Of a stretch of 56,778 nt of DNA, positions 5,450-14,193 are shown in pieces. Within the stretch, counting starts at the first letter, position 1. Each line of letters opens with the position of its first letter. Source of the stretch: a virus. Below the pieces are notes generated by a model. That model was not told the origin of the DNA. It saw only the letters and a program-made list of their open reading frames with translations, and did not search any database. Made by a program: the position numbers and the translations under genes. Location: IMG/VR virus record IMGVR_UViG_3300006188_000003; one strand, written 5' to 3'.

Positions 5450-6976
5450 ATGAATTTGGAACCGAACAATACCATGACGCCGGCAGCGCAGACGGAAGAC
5501 AGAGACGCGATCGTCTTCCAGGAGAGCCTGACCATCTTCCAGGAAGCTCCCGGTATCTTGAAGGCGAACAAACTGTCCGTATCTAATGCCAAGGCCTATG
5601 CGCAGCGGCTGTTAGATGAATATACAGCTGGCGGTAACCAGTGGTCCGCCGAACTGGATGACAAGGCAAAGAATTTCCTTATCAAGGTGGGCACGACCGT
5701 CAAGTCGATGTATGAGAAGCGTTCGCCCTTCACCCAGCTCGCCACCGCCCTCTCGAAGCAGTTCACCTCACTGGAAGCAGAGCTCGACGTTGCCGCAAAA
5801 ACTCCCAATGTCTTCAACCAGATCCAGGGATTACGCAATGGGTGGGCGAAATGGCTGATTGAAGAGGCGGAGCGTAAGCGTGTGGAGGCGGAGAAGCTGG
5901 CAGCCATCGAGAAAGAGAGGGCTCAGTTGACCGGGTGGATTCTCCAGAAGATCGGGGAACTACTGACCGACTACCTTTTCAAGAAGAAGCAGGCATGGAC
6001 CAACAACTTCAATTCCATCATCCTGGAGGGATTCGAGCAGAGTGCTATGAATCTAAGAAACGCCCCGGTCGCCTTTGACCGTTCCAAACTCGGTGCTATA
6101 CTTCGGTATGAGATGCCATACTATCCACTTACGGAGGAGCAGCGCAATACCACCAGGATCAAGGCTCATGACGACTATGATTTCGGCGCCTGGATCGCCC
6201 GGCACGACCAGGAGATGGAAGAGCTGAAGCAGAGCCTTATCGACCGGCTGCCGGCGAAGAAGCAAGAACTGGAGGAGGCAGCAGCCCGGGAAAGGGAGCG
6301 TCTGGCGGAGGCGGAGCGCCAGCGGATCGCCGAAGAGAAGCGGCAGGAAGAGGACCGAATAGCGCGTGAGGCAGAGCAGGCCAGGCAGGCGGAGATAGCC
6401 AAAGCCAATGCAGAGGAAAAAAAGCGTCTGGAGGAAGAAGCTCGCATCGCCCGCGAGGCGGAGCAGGCCAGACAGGCGGAGGCTGAGCGGCAGCGGCAGG
6501 AGGAAAAGGCCCGTCTCCAGCAGTTGGAGCAGGAACGCCAGCGCCAAGAACAGGAGCGTCTGCAGCAGGAGAAGGAAGCGGCTGATCGCATCCAGCAGGA
6601 GAAGGAAGCGGCTGATCGCAAGAGCCGTGAGGCAGCTGAACTGGCGACTTCCGCAATGACTGCTAAGACCCTGTTTGATCAGGCCGCGTCCGCCTCTATG
6701 TTCGAATCGGCGCCGGACGCACGGCAGGGATACGAGATCATTGTCACCAACCCCGCCGGATGGGTGGAGATCTTCCAGTTCTGGTACCAGCGTAAAGGCG
6801 TGAAGATGGCGGTCGACAAGATGGGGTCGGTGAAGCTGGATTCAATGAAAACCTTCGCCGAGGCCGCCACAAAGGATACTCCCAAACAGAAGGGCGAGCG
6901 GATTGACAGCAAGTTCCTGCGGTACGATCTGGACGTCCGGGCAATCAATAAGAAAGACAAAAAGGAGGGCGAGTAA
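5450..6976 (+). CDS. Large coiled-coil protein with an E/R/Q/A-rich repetitive centre, function unknown
   Basis: 508 aa. The centre (about residues 270-400) is built of IAREAEQARQAE and QQEKEAADR repeats. Sits between recT and the exonuclease. Confidence 0.75.
   Translation: MNLEPNNTMTPAAQTEDRDAIVFQESLTIFQEAPGILKANKLSVSNAKAYAQRLLDEYTAGGNQWSAELDDKAKNFLIKVGTTVKSMYEKRSPFTQLATALSKQFTSLEAELDVAAKTPNVFNQIQGLRNGWAKWLIEEAERKRVEAEKLAAIEKERAQLTGWILQKIGELLTDYLFKKKQAWTNNFNSIILEGFEQSAMNLRNAPVAFDRSKLGAILRYEMPYYPLTEEQRNTTRIKAHDDYDFGAWIARHDQEMEELKQSLIDRLPAKKQELEEAAARERERLAEAERQRIAEEKRQEEDRIAREAEQARQAEIAKANAEEKKRLEEEARIAREAEQARQAEAERQRQEEKARLQQLEQERQRQEQERLQQEKEAADRIQQEKEAADRKSREAAELATSAMTAKTLFDQAASASMFESAPDARQGYEIIVTNPAGWVEIFQFWYQRKGVKMAVDKMGSVKLDSMKTFAEAATKDTPKQKGERIDSKFLRYDLDVRAINKKDKKEGE
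6563..6620 (+). repeat. Near-perfect 30-bp tandem duplication inside the CDS
   Basis: CAGCAGGAGAAGGAAGCGGCTGATCGCA occurs at 6563-6590 and again at 6593-6620. Confidence 0.9.
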
Positions 6977-7224
6977 TGGCAAAGATCTCCGATGCGCAAT
7001 TCGAACTGCCGGCAGACTACTTGACGAAAAATCTCCGCAAGGGAATCAGGGTCACTACCTGCGAACAGATGCTTGAACTGGCAAAGAAAGGAGAGTCCGT
7101 ATGGGTATCCATCTGGAGAAGTACAAAGCCTTCAGCTTTTATGGTCAAATGGCAAGCCGACATCCTAGTCACATTTCTGCGTAAAAATGAGGTATATACC
7201 GTCATAAAGCATGATCATGAGTGA
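6976..7224 (+). CDS. Hypothetical protein
   Basis: 82-aa ATG ORF whose start overlaps the upstream stop (TAATG). Confidence 0.6.
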   Translation: MAKISDAQFELPADYLTKNLRKGIRVTTCEQMLELAKKGESVWVSIWRSTKPSAFMVKWQADILVTFLRKNEVYTVIKHDHE

Positions 7225-7879
7225 GTTCAAAGACCCCTACTACGGCCGGCCGGAGATCAGCAACAGCGATCTCAGTGAGCTCAAACGGTTCTGGGAGCCG
7301 GAGGTCCTGCGCCACGACAAGGAGGCTGCCTACCGGTTCGGTACCCTAATCGACTGCATGATCACCGAGCCGGAGAAGATCAACTTCTTCAAGTTCACCT
7401 GCGCGGGCAACCAATACACCCGGGATGAATTCGAGAGGGCGGAGGAGATGAAGAAGGCATTCTATCGGGTTCCCTTCTGCAAGCTCCTGGCCCAGCATTC
7501 CGAATTTCAGAAGGTCAGTATCCGCCATGGCTTTATGATCACTTTTGGAGGTGTCAGATTCCGCCTCAATGTCCGATGTAAATGGGACCTCTTCGCCATG
7601 CCAAAGCTGGGTCTGAGCGGCGATATCAAGAGCACGACCGCGGAGACGCAGAAGCAGTTCGAAGAGGCCTGCCACTATTTCGAGTATTTCCGGCAACGGG
7701 CCTGGTACATGGACATCGAAGACGTGAACAATGACATGCTCATCGGGATCAGCAAGAAGAACTATCGCGTTTTCCAGGTGCCGATCACCCGGGGAGATGC
7801 CAGATATAGAGAGGGGAGAGCGCAGTACGAGGATCTATCTTTTAAATACGCCTATATGTTCGGCCACCTCGCGGCTTAA
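7211..7879 (+). CDS. PD-(D/E)XK family exonuclease (RecE/Cas4-like), partner of RecT
   Basis: GTLIDCMITEP ... KWDLF ... GDIKST ... QRAWYMD matches the D...(D/E)xK...QxxxY arrangement. Confidence 0.65.
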   Translation: MIMSEFKDPYYGRPEISNSDLSELKRFWEPEVLRHDKEAAYRFGTLIDCMITEPEKINFFKFTCAGNQYTRDEFERAEEMKKAFYRVPFCKLLAQHSEFQKVSIRHGFMITFGGVRFRLNVRCKWDLFAMPKLGLSGDIKSTTAETQKQFEEACHYFEYFRQRAWYMDIEDVNNDMLIGISKKNYRVFQVPITRGDARYREGRAQYEDLSFKYAYMFGHLAA

Positions 7880-7905
7880 CCTATGGCAACAAAAACGGAT
7901 TAATT

Positions 7906-8223
7906 ATGGCCTATCTGACAAAAGACATTTACAGCCACTGCAATCCGGGCAAACGATACGGATATCAGGGACAAGAAGTCAATGTGATCAGCGATCATGG
8001 AGGCATTTTCATTGTTAGACCCTTGGACGGATCCACTGGGTTCCACGTCATGCGCGATGAACTTACCGACATGCCATTTAAAAAAGGGGATTCGCAGCCG
8101 GCTTCTGTTGATCAGATTGCAACGGAGCAGAAGCAGGCTGCACCCATCCGCCCGTCGGCGCGGGGCAAGGCCGGTCCCAGCCCGGTTCTTCCATCAAACA
8201 CAGCACAAGGATCGCTCTTTTGA
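7906..8223 (+). CDS. Hypothetical protein
   Basis: 105-aa ATG ORF in the early operon. Confidence 0.6.
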   Translation: MAYLTKDIYSHCNPGKRYGYQGQEVNVISDHGGIFIVRPLDGSTGFHVMRDELTDMPFKKGDSQPASVDQIATEQKQAAPIRPSARGKAGPSPVLPSNTAQGSLF

Positions 8224-8244
8224 CACAATTACCAATATACCAGT

Positions 8245-8574
8245 ATGACCTATAACCAAAAATTGATCGTCTCAAAACTTTTCGAAGGTTGCACCATAGC
8301 GGCAATGGGTCCCGGGCAAATAAGGCTACGGGATCCGCAGGGGGCTCCAGTCCTCAAAATCACCGACCGTACTTTCTACTGGTTGAACCGCAACCTTCTC
8401 CGTCAACATAAAGGACTCTTCCTTTTAAACAAAAGCAAAATGCGGCAGTTCCATGGGAACAGTTTCGTGAAAAGGCTATACAAAGGGCTGGCCGCCGTGT
8501 CGGGCGCGGAAAATCCGCTTCCTCGGTTAAAACTCAGTAGATCCTCTTCCACCAATATGCCAACCCTCTTCTAA
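8245..8574 (+). CDS. Hypothetical protein
   Basis: 109-aa ATG ORF in the early operon. Confidence 0.6.
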   Translation: MTYNQKLIVSKLFEGCTIAAMGPGQIRLRDPQGAPVLKITDRTFYWLNRNLLRQHKGLFLLNKSKMRQFHGNSFVKRLYKGLAAVSGAENPLPRLKLSRSSSTNMPTLF

Positions 8575-8584
8575 CCCATTAAAA

Positions 8585-10627
8585 ATGAGCTACGCCGATT
8601 ATGGTCTCGACACCGTTTCGAAATCCAAGGATGCTGACGAGAGGGTTCGTTCCTGGTGCTGCCTATGGTGCAACCGGGAAGTTAGGGGCGGGTTTAGTAT
8701 GTGCTTTTCAAACTGGGTCATCTGTCACTTATGCGTCGCATCTGCCCATGATCCGGCAAATGCAGATCGCTGGATGCAAGCCGATGAATGTTTCATGTGC
8801 CGAAGAAAGGCCGTCTCAAGCCTGCGAAACCACTCCAGCTGGGCAACTGATATGTATATCTGCCAAGGTTGCCTGCAGTGGGCCAACGATGTTTTATCAC
8901 CTAAAAAATCAAATACTTCCATGCTAAAGGATCTCCCGCTCGATGACATCGAGCAGCTAAAGAATTATCGGGACACGGAGCCCGTTACGGAAACCGACCC
9001 GGACGTTATCGAACTATCCGAAAATATTAAAAAGTTCGAGGTATTACAGCCTATCCTCGTCCGGCCTAAAAGGGGGCAGGCAGGTAAATACCAGCTGATC
9101 TTCGGCCATCGCCGGCATGTTGCTGCGAAGCTTGCCGGCCTGATGGTGATCCCCTGCAATATCAAGGATGTACCGGATGAAGATATCCTGGAGATCCAGG
9201 TAACGGAAAACCTGCAGCGCAAGGACTGTCACCCCATGGATGAGGCGATCGCCTTCCGGGCCCTAATGAAGGAAAAGGCATACAGCATTGAAGGTATTGC
9301 CAACAGGTTTGCCAAAAAGGGCGATTACGTGGCCCTTCGCCTCAAGCTAAATGATCTCATCCAAGACCTGCAGGCGCGGTTTAAAAAGAACGAAATGCCG
9401 CTGTCGCATGCGTTTATCCTTTGCCGTCTCAGACAAGAGGATCAGAAGGAGGTCGCTACTAAAAATTGGGCCATGCGGTCAGTCAGCGATCTTCAACAAT
9501 ACATCAATGGCAATATTATTCGACAGCTATCGTCCGCTCCTTTTAAAAGGGATGATGATACCCTCCATCCGACAGCTGGCCCATGCACGACCTGTAAAAA
9601 AAGGTCCGGCTGTAACCAGCTGCTCTTCGCTGACATCAAGGAGGATGATCGCTGTTTCGATAAGGCCTGTTACCAGGTGAAGCTCGATGTATTCTTCCTT
9701 CGTCAGCTGAGGGACATAATAGAGACCAAGCCCAACGTTCACTTAGTGCAGGCGGGTTCGGAAAAACTATCGAAAGAGGTCAGCACACTCCTTCGACAAA
9801 TGAATGTCCCCATTCTGGACAATGGTAAATACCAGCGGTCTGCTGGTTACGGGAAATTTAAGAAGCAGGCAAAGGGTTTTTTCTTGGATGGGCCGCTGAG
9901 GGGGAAGGTAGAGACCATCTATGTCCAGGGATCCGAGAAGAAGATCGTCAAGGACGGCAAGCCGGCGCAGCGCACTTTGAAGGAGGTGGAAGCGGAGATT
10001 GACGGCATAGAGCAGCGCCAGCAACGTGCCCTTGAGCTGGATGCACAAAAAACCTGGCAGGAAGTATCTGACCTCCTTGAGGATCTTGGCAACATGCCCG
10101 ATATCCCCTGGGAAAATCCTCTTACCCAAGAGGAGCTCAACGCTTGCGCAGCAGCGCTATTGGAATCGCTGACTTCTTCAGACTATGAGGAGGAGGCTTT
10201 TAAGACGGTGGGTATTACAGACTATTTCTTCCTGGATCTGGAGGAGGCAGAGCGCATACCAAAAGTAACCATGCCCCAGCTGCTGCGGTTGCTCAGGCTC
10301 TTTATGCTTTCAAAGCTGAATGCTGGGATGTCTGCCATGGTGTCTACTGGTCCATTCATGCTTATGCCGGTCCTGAAATCTCCCAAATATCTCAAGGAAA
10401 AGGTCGAGCAGATCGAGGCCGTCCAAAACGAAGAAGTTGCTGGCAGGATCGCCCGGGCGCAGAAGCGCCTGGTCAAACTGCGGGAAGAAAAGAAGGAGCT
10501 GGAGGCGAAGGCGCCCCTAAAAAAGAGTCAGCCGAAGAAACGCGGGCATAGCAAAGCCAAGCCGGGAAATGGTCTCGCTCAGCTGCTGGATGACACGGAA
10601 GAAGGGGACACGGATGATGATGAATAA
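8585..10627 (+). CDS. ParB/Srx-domain protein with N-terminal duplicated Cys-rich zinc-ribbon modules
   Basis: ILVRPKRGQAGKYQLIFGHRRHVAAKLAG and VTENLQRKDCHPMDEA form the ParB N-domain. The N-terminus has CCLWCN..CHLC and CFMC..CQGC. The C-terminal tail is acidic and basic. Confidence 0.75.
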   Translation: MSYADYGLDTVSKSKDADERVRSWCCLWCNREVRGGFSMCFSNWVICHLCVASAHDPANADRWMQADECFMCRRKAVSSLRNHSSWATDMYICQGCLQWANDVLSPKKSNTSMLKDLPLDDIEQLKNYRDTEPVTETDPDVIELSENIKKFEVLQPILVRPKRGQAGKYQLIFGHRRHVAAKLAGLMVIPCNIKDVPDEDILEIQVTENLQRKDCHPMDEAIAFRALMKEKAYSIEGIANRFAKKGDYVALRLKLNDLIQDLQARFKKNEMPLSHAFILCRLRQEDQKEVATKNWAMRSVSDLQQYINGNIIRQLSSAPFKRDDDTLHPTAGPCTTCKKRSGCNQLLFADIKEDDRCFDKACYQVKLDVFFLRQLRDIIETKPNVHLVQAGSEKLSKEVSTLLRQMNVPILDNGKYQRSAGYGKFKKQAKGFFLDGPLRGKVETIYVQGSEKKIVKDGKPAQRTLKEVEAEIDGIEQRQQRALELDAQKTWQEVSDLLEDLGNMPDIPWENPLTQEELNACAAALLESLTSSDYEEEAFKTVGITDYFFLDLEEAERIPKVTMPQLLRLLRLFMLSKLNAGMSAMVSTGPFMLMPVLKSPKYLKEKVEQIEAVQNEEVAGRIARAQKRLVKLREEKKELEAKAPLKKSQPKKRGHSKAKPGNGLAQLLDDTEEGDTDDDE

Positions 10628-10686
10628 TTGACCTTTTACGTCAACAAATAGGAGTCCGACGCTAATATCTTAACCTTAAATGCTAT

Positions 10687-11502
10687 ATGCCAAAAGCGAT
10701 CTTAACAAAGAGGAACCAGGCCTTTATTAGGGCGAACTGCCTCACTTTGAGCTGCAGGGAGCTGGCGGACCACATTGGCTGCAGCAGGACTCCCGTTAGC
10801 CGATACCTGAAGAAGGAAGGGCTGACACCTCCGCCGGGTGTTATTGAGCAATTTCGTGTCCGCGGTCTCACGGGCAGGACAACGTCGGACTCGAGGACTG
10901 ACAAGGTCCTCCTGCGGAACTATCTTGCTATCCCCCCGCAGCGACTGGCCGAAATGGTAGGGCGCAGTGAAACCTTTGTAAAAACCCGTCTCCGCCAGCT
11001 GGGGCTGGTGATCCCCGCGGAAATTGTTGAAAAGCGTAAGGCGGAGTCCAGGATCCAGGTAGGCCAGCAGCCATTCAATAAGGGGCGCCGGCAGTCCGAA
11101 TACATGAGTAAGAAGGCTATCGCGAAGACGAAGAAGACGCGGTTTAAAAAAGGCCACCTGCCGAAGAACACCAAAGCGGATGGCGTCATTACCCTCCGTA
11201 CGGACAATAGGGGAGTCCAATACAAATGGATCCGGGTCTCTCTCGGTATCTGGATTCCCCTTCATCGGCACGTATGGGAGACCACTAATGGCCCCATTCC
11301 AAAAGCTAAGAAACTTGTATTCAAGGACGGGGACACGATGAACTGCGCATTATCCAATTTGGAGCTCCTTAGTGCGGGAGATCTCATGAAGCGAAACAGC
11401 ATCCATAACTATCCGGAGCCGATCGCCAAGGCTGTACAGCTCCGCGGTGCACTGAACCGGCAAATTAATAAACATCTCAAACGACTGAAAAATGAAAAAT
11501 AA
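10687..11502 (+). CDS. HNH endonuclease (HNH_3-like) with N-terminal HTH repeats
   Basis: WIPLHRHVWETTNGPIPKAKKLVFKDGDTMNCALSNLELL. Repeated HTH-like segments are CRELADHIGCSRTPVSRYL and RLAEMVGRSETFVKTRL. Confidence 0.7.
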   Translation: MPKAILTKRNQAFIRANCLTLSCRELADHIGCSRTPVSRYLKKEGLTPPPGVIEQFRVRGLTGRTTSDSRTDKVLLRNYLAIPPQRLAEMVGRSETFVKTRLRQLGLVIPAEIVEKRKAESRIQVGQQPFNKGRRQSEYMSKKAIAKTKKTRFKKGHLPKNTKADGVITLRTDNRGVQYKWIRVSLGIWIPLHRHVWETTNGPIPKAKKLVFKDGDTMNCALSNLELLSAGDLMKRNSIHNYPEPIAKAVQLRGALNRQINKHLKRLKNEK

Positions 11503-11797
11503 GATCAGTGATCTGCGCGACCATATGTTCGCCCAGCTGGAGAGGCTGGGAGATGAGGACCTGTCTGAGGAGGATCTGAAAAAAGAGATATCCAGGGCCC
11601 AGGCAATTTCTGAGGTGGGTAAAGTAATCGTGGAATCCGCCAAGACGGAGGTATTGTATGCCAAGCTAACGGGTAAACGGCGTGACGAGGCTACAAAGTT
11701 CCTGGAAGAAGGCGAAGAAAAAAGGCCCTCCATTGTCCGGCCCGCAGCTGCATACAGCAACAAGTCTAACGCGCTGCCTGACTCAGGCGAAGAGTAA
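11492..11797 (+). CDS. Hypothetical protein
   Basis: 101-aa ATG ORF, acidic and helical. Confidence 0.6.
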   Translation: MKNKISDLRDHMFAQLERLGDEDLSEEDLKKEISRAQAISEVGKVIVESAKTEVLYAKLTGKRRDEATKFLEEGEEKRPSIVRPAAAYSNKSNALPDSGEE

Positions 11798-11842
11798 GGT
11801 CTTCCATTAAGTAACCCATTATTCACAATAAAAGCTACGACA

Positions 11843-12241
11843 ATGAAACTGACGTACTTCTCACAACAGACGCTGCCCAAAGAAGCAGCTGGCAGTAAGA
11901 GACTGCCCAAAGTCTCCTTTGCAAAGTCCGGCGTGATCACCTTCAACAAAGAGGCCGTGAAATTGCTTGGCCTGAAGCCTGGAGACAAGGTGACCCTCGC
12001 ACAGGATCCCGACGAACCGATTAACTGGTATTTCTTTAAGGACCTGCAGCACGGCTTTGACCTTCGGTCAGCCTATAAAAACTTGGGCGTACAATTCAAC
12101 CACATCGAGCTTACGCGCACGTTCCTGGATGCGATTGGTAAGGAGATCGGTGTCACCCACAAGTTCAAGATCGGAGGGGAGCCTACCATCATGAAGGGCG
12201 ACAAATCACAAACAAAGTATTGGGGCATCCTGGTCAATTAA
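11843..12241 (+). CDS. Hypothetical protein
   Basis: 132-aa ATG ORF ending immediately before the SNF2 gene. Confidence 0.6.
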   Translation: MKLTYFSQQTLPKEAAGSKRLPKVSFAKSGVITFNKEAVKLLGLKPGDKVTLAQDPDEPINWYFFKDLQHGFDLRSAYKNLGVQFNHIELTRTFLDAIGKEIGVTHKFKIGGEPTIMKGDKSQTKYWGILVN

Positions 12242-12243
12242 GC

Positions 12244-13941
12244 ATGGATATGACGATCAACGAATCAAAGTTAGGCTTTGAAGTTTCCTTCCCATTCGAT
12301 ACCCGGAAGAATGACGCTGTTAGGGAAATACACGGCTCCTGGTGGAATGAAACGAAGAAGTGCTGGGTTGTACCCCGCCGGAAGCAGGGGGAGCTTAAAC
12401 GCCTGCAGGCCCGGTTTAATAAAGGGCATAAAGACGTCGGGCTGCTCCCATCTCAGGTGGGCTTTGAAGTGGAAGCATGCGTGGCCGATAAGACCCTTCC
12501 AAAGCTCAGCATCGAGATCCCGCTGAAGAGAGCTCTCCGGGAATATCAGGCAGATGGGGTGGCCTATGGCATTGAAAAGAAGCGCACCCTCATCGGCGAT
12601 CAGCAGGGGCTTGGAAAGACGATCCAGGCAATCGCCATGGTTGTCGCCCAGAAGGCCTTTCCCTGCCTGGTGATCTGCAAAAGCTCCCTCGTACTGAACT
12701 GGGAAAAGGAGATCAAGGACTGGACGCACGAGAAGCCCATGGTTTTCCGAGACAGTGTAAAACGCAGCTGGCCGGTATTCTTCCAGTCCCATTTCTGCCA
12801 GTTTGGTATCGTGTCGTACGACTCCCTTAAAAAGTACTTCGTTACTGGCTTTAAGGAGCCGGGCGAGGACGAGGTATTCATGGTGAAGCACATCATGTAC
12901 CGTTCGGAGATCAGCCTCTTTAAGTCCGTGATCGTGGATGAAAGCCACTACATCAAAGACGAGAAGGTCCTGCGTACCAAGCTGACCGTAGGCCTTTGCC
13001 TGCGCCGGCAGAGTGTGTATCTCTTGTCCGGGACCCCTGTTCTTAATGCTCCGGAAGAGCTGTATCCTCAGCTGGTCGCCCTGGGTATCGCCAATCACTT
13101 TGGTTCCAAGGCTAATTTCAAAGCGCTATACGGCAAGAACAATCCCCGGCAGAAGGAGGCACTCCCTTACCTCAACTACCTGCTGCACAGGCATGGTTAT
13201 TACCGCCGGCTCAAGAGCGAGGTGGCCACCGATATACCGCCGAAGACCCGGCAGGTGATCTTATGTGAGATCGACAATCGGGAGGAGTACGACTTGGCTG
13301 AGAAGAACTTCAGGAAGTTTCTTGAAGAGCGGCTGATGATGACCGGGGGGCAGATCGACCGGGCGCTACGTGCGGAGGCCCTGGTACAAATGATGCGTCT
13401 GCGGGAGATCTCCGCCCGGGGCAAGCTGAAGGACGCTTATCAGTGGATTGATGATCTCCTTGAGCAGGGCGAGAAGGTGGTCATCTTCGGCCACCATAAG
13501 GAGATCACCCGGGCCTTGGCGCAATATCGTCCTGATACTACCGTACGCCTGTGCGGATCCGCTGATAAGGAGACGCTGGACAGGCGCAAGCAAAAGTTCC
13601 AGACCGATCCCGCGATCCAGGCCTGTGTATGTTCCCTTCTGGCGGACTCTGAAGGTCATACCCTCACCGCGGCAAGCAACATCGGCCTTCTGGAGTTCCC
13701 CTGGCACTTCGGTAAAGCCGAGCAGGCTGAGGATCGCGTACATCGGATCGGCACCGTATACCCCGTCACTGCCTCCTACTTCCTGGGCTCCCGGACCATC
13801 GATCGGAAGATTTACAAGCTCATCATGTCCAAGAAAGATATCCATGACCTGGTCACCGGCACCGAGGAGGATGTTGAGAACCGCGTGGTCGATAACCTGA
13901 TCAATTTATTTAACCAAAAAGATGAGGAGGACGAAGAATGA
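12244..13941 (+). CDS. SNF2-family (SF2) helicase / DNA translocase
   Basis: LREYQADGVAYG, GDQQGLGKTIQAI (motif I), VIVDESHYIKD (motif II) and a helicase-C region QAEDRVHRIG. ATG 12244 is preferred over TTG 12220. Confidence 0.8.
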   Translation: MDMTINESKLGFEVSFPFDTRKNDAVREIHGSWWNETKKCWVVPRRKQGELKRLQARFNKGHKDVGLLPSQVGFEVEACVADKTLPKLSIEIPLKRALREYQADGVAYGIEKKRTLIGDQQGLGKTIQAIAMVVAQKAFPCLVICKSSLVLNWEKEIKDWTHEKPMVFRDSVKRSWPVFFQSHFCQFGIVSYDSLKKYFVTGFKEPGEDEVFMVKHIMYRSEISLFKSVIVDESHYIKDEKVLRTKLTVGLCLRRQSVYLLSGTPVLNAPEELYPQLVALGIANHFGSKANFKALYGKNNPRQKEALPYLNYLLHRHGYYRRLKSEVATDIPPKTRQVILCEIDNREEYDLAEKNFRKFLEERLMMTGGQIDRALRAEALVQMMRLREISARGKLKDAYQWIDDLLEQGEKVVIFGHHKEITRALAQYRPDTTVRLCGSADKETLDRRKQKFQTDPAIQACVCSLLADSEGHTLTAASNIGLLEFPWHFGKAEQAEDRVHRIGTVYPVTASYFLGSRTIDRKIYKLIMSKKDIHDLVTGTEEDVENRVVDNLINLFNQKDEEDEE

Positions 13942-14141
13942 CGCCTGATTATCTTCTGGGGCTGCTCGTCAAGAGCAACCGGGCCTTCCTGAAGGCTCAG
14001 CGGGAATATGCAGCCTGCCAAGGCGATCCGAAGCGGGATTTGCTGAAGCAAAGTCATCAGCAGGAAGTCCGCCGGCGCCGGGAGGACCTGGTTCGCCTGT
14101 TGGCGGTCATCCAGCGGATATTTCCAGTACCTGACGATTAA
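13938..14141 (+). CDS. Hypothetical protein
   Basis: 67-aa ORF whose start overlaps the SNF2 stop (ATGA). Confidence 0.55.
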   Translation: MTPDYLLGLLVKSNRAFLKAQREYAACQGDPKRDLLKQSHQQEVRRRREDLVRLLAVIQRIFPVPDD

Positions 14142-14193
14142 AGCCCCTGGCTTTCCGTCCATACTAACCACCCATTAAAAGCTAAATTCTCTC

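Noticed and set aside
12271-13098. 275-aa minus-strand ORF. Similar antisense ORFs occur at 10702..11271, 14620..15219, 28281..29405, 31274..31765 and 6053..6656.
   Set aside because: All lie fully inside well-supported plus-strand genes (SNF2, HNH, replication protein, capsid, tail tube, repeat protein). They have junk-like composition. They are shadow ORFs of GC-rich coding sequence.
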